Of a stretch of DNA of 47,445 nt, positions 35,188 through 44,233 are shown one piece after another. The first letter of the stretch is position 1. Each line of letters begins with the position of its first letter. Source of the DNA: a virus; IMG/VR virus record IMGVR_UViG_3300033074_001474, positions 1 to 47,445 of that record. One strand, written 5' to 3'. The notes beneath the pieces were generated by a model. The model saw nothing but the letters and a program-made list of their open reading frames with translations, was not told the DNA's origin and ran no database searches. Position numbers and translations under genes: made by a program.

Positions 35188-35192
35188 TAATT

Positions 35193-37250
35193 ATGTCACG
35201 AAGAACGCAGCTATATCTTAAGGCAAACTGGAACGGGGGACTGAATGATTCAGTCGATCCAGGTGTCTTGCCTGATAATGACTTAGTAATAGCAGACAAT
35301 ACGCTATTTGCAACGAGTGGATCTCGCCTAAAGCGTGAGGGCCTAGATTATTTTGATAACATCACCCTTCCTGCAGTTTCTTCTGTGACACGAGTTGGAA
35401 CTACGGTCACAATAACCTTCGCCTCAAATATTGACTCAGTTTCTAATCAAATTTTATTTGCTGGGGAAAAGGTGACAGTAGTAACATCTGATTCACAGTT
35501 TAACATAACAGACACAGCTATAGCCACAGCTTCAACCAATACGATCACGTACACAGTTGGAGCTACACCCACAGCAGCTTCGGCTACATTTACGTCCTTA
35601 ACTCGCACAGCAACTATAGTTGGAATTCATGATTTTTGGTATTATGATGCAAACAATAATGCTAAGACTCAAGTTTTACTTGCCGTAAACTCTGATGGAC
35701 AATTTTTTAAATATGACACTAGTGGCAACCGAGTTCGATTAACTAATAAAACATATTCTGTAACATTTACAGATGCAGGGGATACGGTAACCTTAAATAG
35801 TCATGGCTTGGTTGAAGGCGATGCTGTTGCGTTTACTTCAATCACATCAACTACAGGAATAGCTGTTGATACAGTCTACTATGTTGGTGGAACTATTACT
35901 GCAAATACATTTCAATTATCGGCTACTAAGGGCGGGGCAGCACTAACTCTTACAACAGATGGATCTGGAACGGCTATCTCACCGCTTAGCACAACTCCAA
36001 TCACAAGTGCAGACTTCTTGACCATCAATGAAAGATGCCTTATTACACTTAGTGGTATAGAGAATTTTCCTAAAATGTATGAGCCCCAAACTTCAACTAC
36101 AGTTGTGAGGGGGGTTTTTGGAGCGCCGCCAAATGCAAGCATCATGAGAGTGCATCAAGGACGTGTGTGGATGAACTCTAAATCTGAACCAGATAGATTA
36201 TATTATTCAAGTCCATTTAATCCTGAAGAGTGGTCTGGCTACGGCGATTCAGGAGTTCTTGATATTGGCTTTGGAGACGGAGATCCAGAAGGCATTGTCG
36301 CTATTGATCCTACATTTAAGGGGTCTTTGTTTACTAAAAAGAGACTTAAAACATATCGGATAGACGGAAATGCACCAGAGAATTATCAAATAAGTCAGGT
36401 GACTTCATCTCTTGGAGCAGTGTCGCATAAAGCAGTCTCTCAAGTTGACTTGGATGATTCAGTTTATATCTCCTACAAAGGAATTCACTCACTCGCCGCA
36501 ACTAGCTCCTACGGAGATTTTGCAGGAACATTCTTAAGTGATAAAGTACAAAATGCTTTCAAAGAGTTTATCTTTGGGCGTCTTAAATTCGCAGCTAGTC
36601 AGTATGTTTCTAGTTTAAATTCCATTTTCTTTGCTGTTTCAACTGGGGATACAAGTCAAACTCAAAACGATGCCTTGTACATCTTTAATACAAAATTTAA
36701 GGAGTGGCATAGGTGGCCTGAGATATCAGCAGCTAGCCTTTGTTTAAGAAGCAACTCCTCTGAAGAGCAACTTTTATTTGGAGATTACGAAGGAAGAATT
36801 CATAGGACACAAATTGGAGAATTCTCTGATTATTCAACTGAACCAATAATATATCGGATTAAAACAGGTGCCATCTATCCAGATGGAAATCCAGCGAGTG
36901 TTAAAGCATTTAAACGAATTGGATTCCTATTTAAACCAAAAGGACAATATACATTCACTGTTAAAGTCAGAATAGATAACGCTCAAACTCAATCTCTTGC
37001 CTTTTCTCAATCAGTAAGCGGAGCACAGCTTGGAGTTGATTTTACTCTTGGAACTTCAGTTTTAGCTTTTGACTCAGTCCTTGCCCCTTCAATGTTGCCA
37101 ATTGACGGTTATGGAAGAGGGATTACAGTAACGGTTGAACAAACGGGCCTTGATGAGCAAGTGGAGATTTATGGTATTGTTATAGAGTACGAACTTGCTG
37201 ATATATCTCAGGAAACGATATCAAACCCTTCAACGGACCCTAACGCTTAA
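35193..37250 (+). CDS. tail structural protein, 685 aa
   Basis: Large beta-rich protein in the tail block. No specific family recognised. Confidence 0.5.
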   Translation: MSRRTQLYLKANWNGGLNDSVDPGVLPDNDLVIADNTLFATSGSRLKREGLDYFDNITLPAVSSVTRVGTTVTITFASNIDSVSNQILFAGEKVTVVTSDSQFNITDTAIATASTNTITYTVGATPTAASATFTSLTRTATIVGIHDFWYYDANNNAKTQVLLAVNSDGQFFKYDTSGNRVRLTNKTYSVTFTDAGDTVTLNSHGLVEGDAVAFTSITSTTGIAVDTVYYVGGTITANTFQLSATKGGAALTLTTDGSGTAISPLSTTPITSADFLTINERCLITLSGIENFPKMYEPQTSTTVVRGVFGAPPNASIMRVHQGRVWMNSKSEPDRLYYSSPFNPEEWSGYGDSGVLDIGFGDGDPEGIVAIDPTFKGSLFTKKRLKTYRIDGNAPENYQISQVTSSLGAVSHKAVSQVDLDDSVYISYKGIHSLAATSSYGDFAGTFLSDKVQNAFKEFIFGRLKFAASQYVSSLNSIFFAVSTGDTSQTQNDALYIFNTKFKEWHRWPEISAASLCLRSNSSEEQLLFGDYEGRIHRTQIGEFSDYSTEPIIYRIKTGAIYPDGNPASVKAFKRIGFLFKPKGQYTFTVKVRIDNAQTQSLAFSQSVSGAQLGVDFTLGTSVLAFDSVLAPSMLPIDGYGRGITVTVEQTGLDEQVEIYGIVIEYELADISQETISNPSTDPNA

Positions 37251-37262
37251 GAGGAGAATAAG

Positions 37263-38015
37263 ATGCCCACATTATCAATAACAAAAACTTATGCAGATGG
37301 AGAAGTTCTTTTTGAATCAGATTTAGATAGTATAAAAAACGACATTGAAACATTTCTTAATACTACTAAAATTGATGACGATAATATTCAAGACGCTGGT
37401 ATTACAGCATCATCTAAGTTAATAGACGGAACTATTACTACTGGCAAACTTGGCGCGGCTTCAGTAACAACTGCTAAGATTGCAGACTCAGCGGTGACTA
37501 CAGGAAAAATTGCAGATTCCGCAGTAACTACTGCAAAGATAAATGACTCTGCTGTAACAACGGCCAAGATAAATGATGGAGCTGTAACTACAGCTAAGAT
37601 TGCAGATGGGGCGGTAACATACGTTAAAAGAGTATCATTAAATTATAAATTAAGTAGTTCTAGTGCAAGCTTTTCAACATCATCAACATCTTATACCGCA
37701 GTAACAAATTTGAGTGTAGCTAGTCTCACTACTAATGGTCGTCCGGTATATGTATCCTTGGTCCCTGCTGAAGGCAGTTTATCAAGCTTTGATCAGTCTG
37801 GTGCCACAGGATCTATATCACTACAATTAGTGAGATCAGGTGCAGTAAACTTAGGGGAACAAACATTTATTTTAAGTTCTGGACAAAGTTCTGGAGTAAC
37901 TCCCTCTTGGATTTGGCTACCAACAGCTGGAACCTATGATTTATCTATTAGCATCAAAGTTTCTGCTGGAACCATTGGAGTAACTAACTACAAACTATTT
38001 TGTTACGAGTTATAA
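37263..38015 (+). CDS. fibre-like protein, paralog A (250 aa)
   Basis: N-terminus M.T..ITKTY.DG..L.E.DLD..KN..ETF.NTTK..DDNIQ.AGITAS.KL.DG.IT is shared with 38019..38780. Confidence 0.55.
   Translation: MPTLSITKTYADGEVLFESDLDSIKNDIETFLNTTKIDDDNIQDAGITASSKLIDGTITTGKLGAASVTTAKIADSAVTTGKIADSAVTTAKINDSAVTTAKINDGAVTTAKIADGAVTYVKRVSLNYKLSSSSASFSTSSTSYTAVTNLSVASLTTNGRPVYVSLVPAEGSLSSFDQSGATGSISLQLVRSGAVNLGEQTFILSSGQSSGVTPSWIWLPTAGTYDLSISIKVSAGTIGVTNYKLFCYEL
37452..37620 (+). repeat. 27-nt (9-aa) tandem repeats (S/G)AVTT(A/G)KI(A/N)D, about 6 units
   Basis: [55 protein letters not shown]. Confidence 0.75.
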
Positions 38016-38018
38016 TTT

Positions 38019-38780
38019 ATGTCAACTATTACTATAACAAAAACCTATGATGATGGAACTCTTCTTGAAGAGGCCGATTTAGATCCATTTAAAAATAATA
38101 CAGAAACATTTTTTAATACTACAAAACTAAATGATGATAATATTCAAAACGCGGGGATAACAGCTTCAGAAAAGCTTCAAGACGGGAGCATTACAGCTGC
38201 GAAGATGGGAACAACTTCAGTCGGAGAATCAAACCTAGCAAGCAGTGCGGTTACAACTATTACTTTAAATGATCTTTCTGTTACCACTGCCAAGATCACA
38301 GACTCAAGTGTTACTACAGCAAAAATTGCTGACAGCGGTGTTGGAACTGCTGATTTTGACTCAGCCTCTGTAACCTATGCAAAAACAACTTTAAACTATG
38401 AAGTGGACGACCCCACAGGTTCAAACACATATCCAAGCTTAGTAGTTAATACTACAACGAGACAATTTCTTTGGGAGGATATGGCTTTTAGTGGAAGGCC
38501 AGTATTAATTCAAGTATTCATTGGAAGAAATGTTGGATCAAGCATTAGCACAGCAACAGTAAGCGTAGACGTTGTGGGACCAGTTATCTCCTATGCTGGA
38601 GATTTACAATTTTCAAATGCAAGTTCAGATTTTAAACTCTGTGGTCCATTAAACTTTTTTGTTCCAGCAACAGATAATGGAAATCATGACATAACCCTTT
38701 TTATTGATGCTTCTGGAGGCACTTTTTCAGCAACAGACACAACTCCAACTCGTCCAACGGTGTTAATCCTTGAACTCTAA
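38019..38780 (+). CDS. fibre-like protein, paralog B (253 aa)
   Basis: Shares the N-terminal about 60 aa and degenerate SVTTAKI repeats with 37263..38015. The C-terminus diverges. Confidence 0.55.
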   Translation: MSTITITKTYDDGTLLEEADLDPFKNNTETFFNTTKLNDDNIQNAGITASEKLQDGSITAAKMGTTSVGESNLASSAVTTITLNDLSVTTAKITDSSVTTAKIADSGVGTADFDSASVTYAKTTLNYEVDDPTGSNTYPSLVVNTTTRQFLWEDMAFSGRPVLIQVFIGRNVGSSISTATVSVDVVGPVISYAGDLQFSNASSDFKLCGPLNFFVPATDNGNHDITLFIDASGGTFSATDTTPTRPTVLILEL

Positions 38781-39177
38781 TAATTGCACAACACGCAGCT
38801 TCGACTTAATTAAAGACTGGCCTGATGTGTGCTGCTGGTGGCAAGCTCAAGACTGGCCCACGATCCCTAGAGACCACCTATCAACCATGGGGTTTATTGG
38901 GGAGATAAACGGTAAAAAAGCCGTAGCTGCATGGGTTTATACTACAAATAGCGCCTTTTGCCTATTAGAATATATTGTAATGAGCCCTGAAATTAGACGG
39001 GAAGAGCGTAAGGTAGCTTTCGACCATTTTTTAAATGATATGGTAGAATATACCAAGGATCTTGGTTTTAAGACTATATTCTTAACGACCAAATCTGAAG
39101 GTTTGATTTCACGTTTAACAAAGCATGAATTTCAAACAACTGATGTAGGAATGAAAAATTTGATAAGGAGATTGTGA
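38770..39177 (+). CDS. GNAT-like acetyltransferase candidate, 135 aa
   Basis: Length and pattern (..AVAAWVYTT...LLEYIVMSPEIRREERKVAFDHFLNDMVEYTKDLGFKTIFLTT) resemble the GNAT beta4-alpha3 core. Weak. Confidence 0.35.
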   Translation: MNSNNCTTRSFDLIKDWPDVCCWWQAQDWPTIPRDHLSTMGFIGEINGKKAVAAWVYTTNSAFCLLEYIVMSPEIRREERKVAFDHFLNDMVEYTKDLGFKTIFLTTKSEGLISRLTKHEFQTTDVGMKNLIRRL

Positions 39178-39178
39178 G

Positions 39179-40204
39179 ATGGCAATAGGAACTACCACAG
39201 CACTGATTGGTGGCGCCCTTTTAGGCAGCATAGCTGGAAGCCAAAAAGACAGATCAAGTCAATCTCAAACCTCATACACGGACGCGGGGGCAGCAACTCA
39301 AGAAGAAAAATTAGCTACAGCAGCGGTTAGTAAAAACTTTCAAGATTTACAAAGAATGGCTGATCTTGGTCCTGGGGATAAGGACGTCACTGCAGGGTTA
39401 GAATCCCAGCGCAGTCTAGCTGCTATGCTTGAGCAATACTCAAAAGGGGGCTATGCTCCGACTTCCCAGGACGTCTCCTTAGCTGGTCAAATGCTTGCTC
39501 CGCAGCAGCTTGCTTTACAGCAAAATTTAAAACAGATTCAAGAACAAGCTTCAAGACAGCAAGCGTTATCAGGACGCGGTCCAACGGATTTTGTTTTTCA
39601 AAACAGATTAAATAGAAATCAATTAGACCTTACTCAGCAGCTTGCTGCACAGCAATCTCAATTAGCAGCTCAGCAGCCTTTTCAAAGATTAGACTTTGCA
39701 CAGAACTTAGCTCAAATTAGATCTGGATTAGCATCTCAAGCTATGCAAAATCGTCAAGCTATAATGGGGTTAGGATCGCAGATCCAAGCTGCTGAAAGAA
39801 ATTTCAGGCTTGGAACAGCAACGAGAACTGGAAATCAAAGTACAGAATCAGGTGGGGGTTTGAAAGGTGCTATTAGCGGGGCACTGGGCGGAGCCGGAGC
39901 TGCTTTTGGTTTGATGAACTCTTTTGGTGGCTTGGGAGGAAAGACAGGCCCTTCTATGGACGTTGCAGGGGGCACAACTCAATTTAGTTCTGACTACTTA
40001 AACCAAACTCAAAACTTTGGAAACTTCCAGCAAGCAATGCCAAGAATGTCTGTTCCTAGAATTCCAGCGAGTACCCAAGCACCTCAAACAATGTTTAGCC
40101 AGCCGCCTCCAGTAAATTATGGCGCTCAAATGGGACCGATGCAGGGGACACAACCTTACTATCCATCACTTAATAATATGTTAAATCCATTTGGAGGCTA
40201 CTAA
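39179..40204 (+). CDS. Gln/Gly-rich internal virion protein candidate
   Basis: Low-complexity Q/G/A-rich 341 aa following the tail genes. Confidence 0.45.
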   Translation: MAIGTTTALIGGALLGSIAGSQKDRSSQSQTSYTDAGAATQEEKLATAAVSKNFQDLQRMADLGPGDKDVTAGLESQRSLAAMLEQYSKGGYAPTSQDVSLAGQMLAPQQLALQQNLKQIQEQASRQQALSGRGPTDFVFQNRLNRNQLDLTQQLAAQQSQLAAQQPFQRLDFAQNLAQIRSGLASQAMQNRQAIMGLGSQIQAAERNFRLGTATRTGNQSTESGGGLKGAISGALGGAGAAFGLMNSFGGLGGKTGPSMDVAGGTTQFSSDYLNQTQNFGNFQQAMPRMSVPRIPASTQAPQTMFSQPPPVNYGAQMGPMQGTQPYYPSLNNMLNPFGGY

Positions 40205-41177
40205 GATGGCAATGGACGACTTATTTCAAGCATTAAGAATGTTTCAAGATGGTGCTAAAGAGTATGCTACTGGTAATGCTATACGAAGTGCTGCTGAAAA
40301 TGTGAAACAAATAAACTCCATTCAGCAAGATGAGTTTGTTAAGCGTCAGCAGCTTGAGGAAACTGGTAAGCAGCTCGCCCTGCAGCTAGGCTCTATGGGC
40401 GCTCCTATCTCTCAGATTCAAAGCTCTGTTGGAGCTATTATGCCTCAACAACTTAATTCTCCTGATGCCTTTTTTCAACAAAGCCTAACGGCTACTAACC
40501 CGGAAGCTGCTAAAGAGTTAGCTTCAGCTGGCATGTCTTTTCAAAAATTCTTAGCTAAAGCTCCACTAACTACAGCACAACAAGAACAGATGAAACTTGG
40601 TTGGGCTCAGCTATTTGGCGCTCAGCAACAACAAAAAGAAACTTTAAATCAACAACGAGATTTAAAAGTTCAAGAACAACTTGATAAAGTTGATGAAGCC
40701 ACTTACAGAAAACAAAATCTTCAAACAAATGCTCTTAAATTAAAAAGCATAATTGGAGAGCACGGAACAAATATATTAGCAGGCCCAGAGGGAACAGAAA
40801 TGGACAGCCTCCTGTATCAAATGGCAGTTGACTATGCAAAACTTGTTGATCCTTCTTCTGTTGCTCGTGAAGGAGAGGTAGCAGCTGCTCAAAAATACAT
40901 GTTACCAATCAGAGACTGGGGAGGCCTTGGATATTCAAATGCAACAGCGCAAAAGATTATTGATCAGTACCTAGTGTCCTTAGATGACCGAATGCGAAAT
41001 ACTACTGCTGCAAAACTTGGAGCAAGAACTGGAATTACACCACTTCCAGCTAGAGATGCCCAAATTATAGAGACGGAAAATAGATTAAAAGATAAAATAA
41101 AAGCTAATCCAAATGATCCAAAAATAGATGCGTTGCAGCGCGCACTTGAAGCTTCAAAAAGAGTTCCAAGGAAGTAG
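40191..41177 (+). CDS. internal virion protein candidate, 328 aa
   Basis: Position; Q-rich, helix-prone. Confidence 0.45.
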   Translation: MEATKMAMDDLFQALRMFQDGAKEYATGNAIRSAAENVKQINSIQQDEFVKRQQLEETGKQLALQLGSMGAPISQIQSSVGAIMPQQLNSPDAFFQQSLTATNPEAAKELASAGMSFQKFLAKAPLTTAQQEQMKLGWAQLFGAQQQQKETLNQQRDLKVQEQLDKVDEATYRKQNLQTNALKLKSIIGEHGTNILAGPEGTEMDSLLYQMAVDYAKLVDPSSVAREGEVAAAQKYMLPIRDWGGLGYSNATAQKIIDQYLVSLDDRMRNTTAAKLGARTGITPLPARDAQIIETENRLKDKIKANPNDPKIDALQRALEASKRVPRK

Positions 41178-41185
41178 GGGCTAAT

Positions 41186-43234
41186 ATGGCAAAACGCGGA
41201 AAATTGAATTTAGATCAAATTGAATCTTTGAAGGACATGTCTTTAGAACAAATTCAAGGCGCAGTAAATGATCAAATGCGAAGGGGTCCTACTTCTTCTA
41301 AGGAAGAGCCAACACAAGCATCTCAGCAAGCTGATTCTCAATTAGTTCCTTATGATGAAGACACCTTCATTCAAAAGTACCTAGATCCAGCAACACTTGA
41401 ATCTCGTCCTGAATATGCAAATGGCTCATCACCAGCTTCGGCTATAAATAAGTCACCTTTAAGTTTAGTTGATCGAATGAAGATGTCTATTGGGGATGAA
41501 AAGGGAAAGCTTAATTTCCTAAAGGAAAAATACTCTGAAGTTCAGCCTATGAGAAGTGGCTCCTTAGCTGTTAAAGACAAAGACGGGATGTGGTATCAAG
41601 TTGACCCCGATGGCGCGGGTCAAGGTGACGCTTGGGATAGAACAAAAGAAATAGCTAAGGATATTTTAGGAGATTACGCAGGAACAATAGGTACAACCGC
41701 AGCCGTAATTGGTGCTACAGCCGCTGCTCCTGCTACTGGTGGAGCTTCCTTGGTTGCAGCCGGGGCTGCTGGCTTAGGTGCAGCTTTGACCCGCACAAGC
41801 CTCGGGAGACTCATTGGAACGTACGACGCAACTCCTGAAGAGCAATTAAAAGATGTGGCTCTTGAAACAGTATTGAATGTAGGTGGTCAAGCATTTGCTC
41901 TTGGGATTAAACCAACTGCTCAAGTTGTTGGAAGCATGTTTAAAAAGGGGGCGCAAACTCTTAAAGGACTTCCAGAGGAATCAATAAATATCCTAGCTAA
42001 AGCTCAAGGAAATATCAGCGGAGTTGGAGAAGATGTAGCTCAAACTTGGATCAGGAATTCTGATGAAGTTGGTCAAGCTCTCTTAGAGAATGGTAAGGGG
42101 GCAGTTTCATCTGAAGCTGTAACTCAAAACCTATTACAAAAAAATATAGCTAATACAAAAGCTATCGCTAATGAAACTCGTGCTGGCCTCTCTAAGTGGT
42201 ATGCTACAAATATGGATGAAGTTATAAAAGAGGCTGGTGGCAAGTTTAATCCCAGTGTATCATCTTCAGTTAAAGAGTCTTTATCAGAATACGCAGAAAA
42301 AGGTTTTGGGGAAATGCTTCCTAATGGAACTTTTAAACTTAAGCCCTTAAAGGAACTTTTATCAATGCAGCAAGCCTCTGGAAATGTCAGTGTTATAAGT
42401 GATCCAAAAGGTTACCGTCTACTAAAAGATTTTGTAAATGATGTTAACAGGTATGCAGCTCAAGCAGACCAAGTTGGTAAAGATGGGGTTAGGCAGTTCA
42501 TAGCCTTTGAACAGCAACTTGGACAGAAGATCCGCGAATTAAGCCTTGATGCTGCTGAATCTGGCGGCAAGGAGATCATTGATTTATTCAAAAATGTAAA
42601 AGCTAGCATTCAAAATAAAATAATGGATAACACTAGTAAAAGCTTAGCTTCAGCTGGTGTGAAAAAAGATGTTGTTGGAATGTTTGGAAATATCCAAAAA
42701 CAATACTCCACACTAAAGGATGCTCTAAATCCAATTCTTGACGCTCACACTTCTGCCATTAGAAAGGGCTCATCTGACGCCTATGCTAATCTTTATAATA
42801 ACCTTTTTAAAGTTAGCTCTCTCAGTCCTAAAGGTTCTTTGGCTAAAGGTTCTCTTGACACGGCCCTTTTTGCTCTTGGGGAGTTTTCTCCTAACATAGC
42901 TAAAAATGTGCAACAGATAGCTGTTAACAAAGCCGCAGCTGCAAGCCTCCCTCTAACTAGAGGTGGTTTTTTGGGTCAAAGTTCTGTCGGATTACTTACA
43001 ACTCCACTCACAAGTCCACGGCTTAACTTTCAATCAGCTAAGCTTGCTGGCAGCGCTTTAAAGGGGCTGGAGTGGATGAAATCACTTGATCCTAATATGA
43101 AAACGCAATTATTCCAAGATCCAAAAGCGTTATCTCAGTTTATGTCAACTGTTGTAAATACGCCCATGGTTCAAGATTCAGTTAAGAACGATTTAATGGG
43201 TCAGGTTTTAGGGGGCCAAGGTGCTACACAATGA
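41186..43234 (+). CDS. large internal virion / ejection protein candidate, 682 aa
   Basis: Ala/Gly-rich hydrophobic segment GTIGTTAAVIGATAAAPATGGASLVAAGAAGLGAAL. Last large gene of the structural arm. Confidence 0.5.
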   Translation: MAKRGKLNLDQIESLKDMSLEQIQGAVNDQMRRGPTSSKEEPTQASQQADSQLVPYDEDTFIQKYLDPATLESRPEYANGSSPASAINKSPLSLVDRMKMSIGDEKGKLNFLKEKYSEVQPMRSGSLAVKDKDGMWYQVDPDGAGQGDAWDRTKEIAKDILGDYAGTIGTTAAVIGATAAAPATGGASLVAAGAAGLGAALTRTSLGRLIGTYDATPEEQLKDVALETVLNVGGQAFALGIKPTAQVVGSMFKKGAQTLKGLPEESINILAKAQGNISGVGEDVAQTWIRNSDEVGQALLENGKGAVSSEAVTQNLLQKNIANTKAIANETRAGLSKWYATNMDEVIKEAGGKFNPSVSSSVKESLSEYAEKGFGEMLPNGTFKLKPLKELLSMQQASGNVSVISDPKGYRLLKDFVNDVNRYAAQADQVGKDGVRQFIAFEQQLGQKIRELSLDAAESGGKEIIDLFKNVKASIQNKIMDNTSKSLASAGVKKDVVGMFGNIQKQYSTLKDALNPILDAHTSAIRKGSSDAYANLYNNLFKVSSLSPKGSLAKGSLDTALFALGEFSPNIAKNVQQIAVNKAAAASLPLTRGGFLGQSSVGLLTTPLTSPRLNFQSAKLAGSALKGLEWMKSLDPNMKTQLFQDPKALSQFMSTVVNTPMVQDSVKNDLMGQVLGGQGATQ

Positions 43235-43463
43235 TAAAATGTTAGAAATCATATTAGAGATTCAAAAGGACGTAAAAGAAATTGATAAGACTTTGGCTCG
43301 TAATACGGATAGCCTCGATGTTCATATAAAGCGCACTAATATATTAGAAAAAAAGATGGAGCGGGTAGACGTTCACGTTAATAAAGTCGAAGCTGTTATT
43401 AAGTTCATTCTTAGTGGTAGTGTACTAGTTGCGCTTTATGAGTTTTTGTCTAAAAGCCTTTAG
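43221..43463 (+). CDS. XhlA-like architecture protein (N-terminal coiled coil plus C-terminal TM), 80 aa
   Basis: The C-terminus FILSGSVLVALYEFL is hydrophobic. Converges on, and overlaps, the 3' end of the HNH gene by 39 nt. Confidence 0.35.
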   Translation: MLHNDKMLEIILEIQKDVKEIDKTLARNTDSLDVHIKRTNILEKKMERVDVHVNKVEAVIKFILSGSVLVALYEFLSKSL

Positions 43464-43778
43464 GGCGCGAATTACAAAAATAGCCTCTTCAAAATTAAAT
43501 CTATTACTCTTTATCCAGTTGCATTTATTACAGCAAACTACAACGTTATTTAGGTAGTAACTTTTAGAATTGTTTATTCGATCAAGGCAATGTCCAGATC
43601 CTTTTGATAAGTCTAGTGGCTCCTCACAATAAAAACAAGATGCCTCATCCATGAGGTACAGGTATTCTTCCATGCTAATGAGGAGTTTTAGGTCGCGGTC
43701 TTTAGCTGATCGGCGCAGCTGTCGATACCGCCCCTTTATTGTAGCATTATACTTTTTATGATCTTGTTTTTTACGCAT
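43425..43778 (-). CDS. HNH-like endonuclease (D-R variant), paralog of 20291..20806
   Basis: CFYCEEPL..GSGHCLDRINNSKSYYLNNVVVCCNKCNWIKSN. Shared N-terminal GRY..L...AK.R motif. Confidence 0.7.
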   Translation of the reverse strand: MRKKQDHKKYNATIKGRYRQLRRSAKDRDLKLLISMEEYLYLMDEASCFYCEEPLDLSKGSGHCLDRINNSKSYYLNNVVVCCNKCNWIKSNRFNFEEAIFVIRALKAFRQKLIKRN

Positions 43779-43779
43779 T

Positions 43780-44217
43780 TTATGAGTTTAAAAGTTGCTC
43801 GTATTTGTCATAAGCTTCTTGATTTGGGAAAATCATTTGAATATCAGACTCTGAGGTCAGAGCAAGGGTATTCTTTGTGTAATTAGCTATACCAGGGAAG
43901 GTACTAAAGTACTTTAAACCTAATTCATTTATCATAACAATATTCCCCACTTCCACGTCCATAGGAATTGGGTTATTATCTGCATCAACATACCCAGCAC
44001 CTGTTAATAAGACTATTCCTAGTAAGTGTTGTTGGCTCTCAGCAGTTACTTTAACATGATCTTTTGGGGCACTCAGAATGATTCCTGATGCCGTTTTTAT
44101 TTCCCGTGCAGGTAGGACTTCAATAAGAACCCTTGCTCCTTGAAGTCTGAATAATTGTCTGGCTTCCTCTGTTTGAAGCTTTTTAAAACTCTCTAAATAC
44201 TTTATATTGTTTTCCAT
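43780..44217 (-). CDS. GroES-like co-chaperonin (Cpn10/gp31-like) with N-terminal extension
   Basis: Collinear with GroES. ARVLIEVLPAREIKTASGIILSAPK aligns with the mobile loop ETK(T/S)AGGIVL. GIVLLTGAGYVDADNNPIPMDVEVGNIVMINE aligns with GEV.AVG.G......PLDVKVGD.V.F. LALTSESDIQMIF aligns with L.MSESDILAIV. Confidence 0.7.
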   Translation of the reverse strand: MENNIKYLESFKKLQTEEARQLFRLQGARVLIEVLPAREIKTASGIILSAPKDHVKVTAESQQHLLGIVLLTGAGYVDADNNPIPMDVEVGNIVMINELGLKYFSTFPGIANYTKNTLALTSESDIQMIFPNQEAYDKYEQLLNS

Positions 44218-44233
44218 CTTTTCCTCCTCGTTT

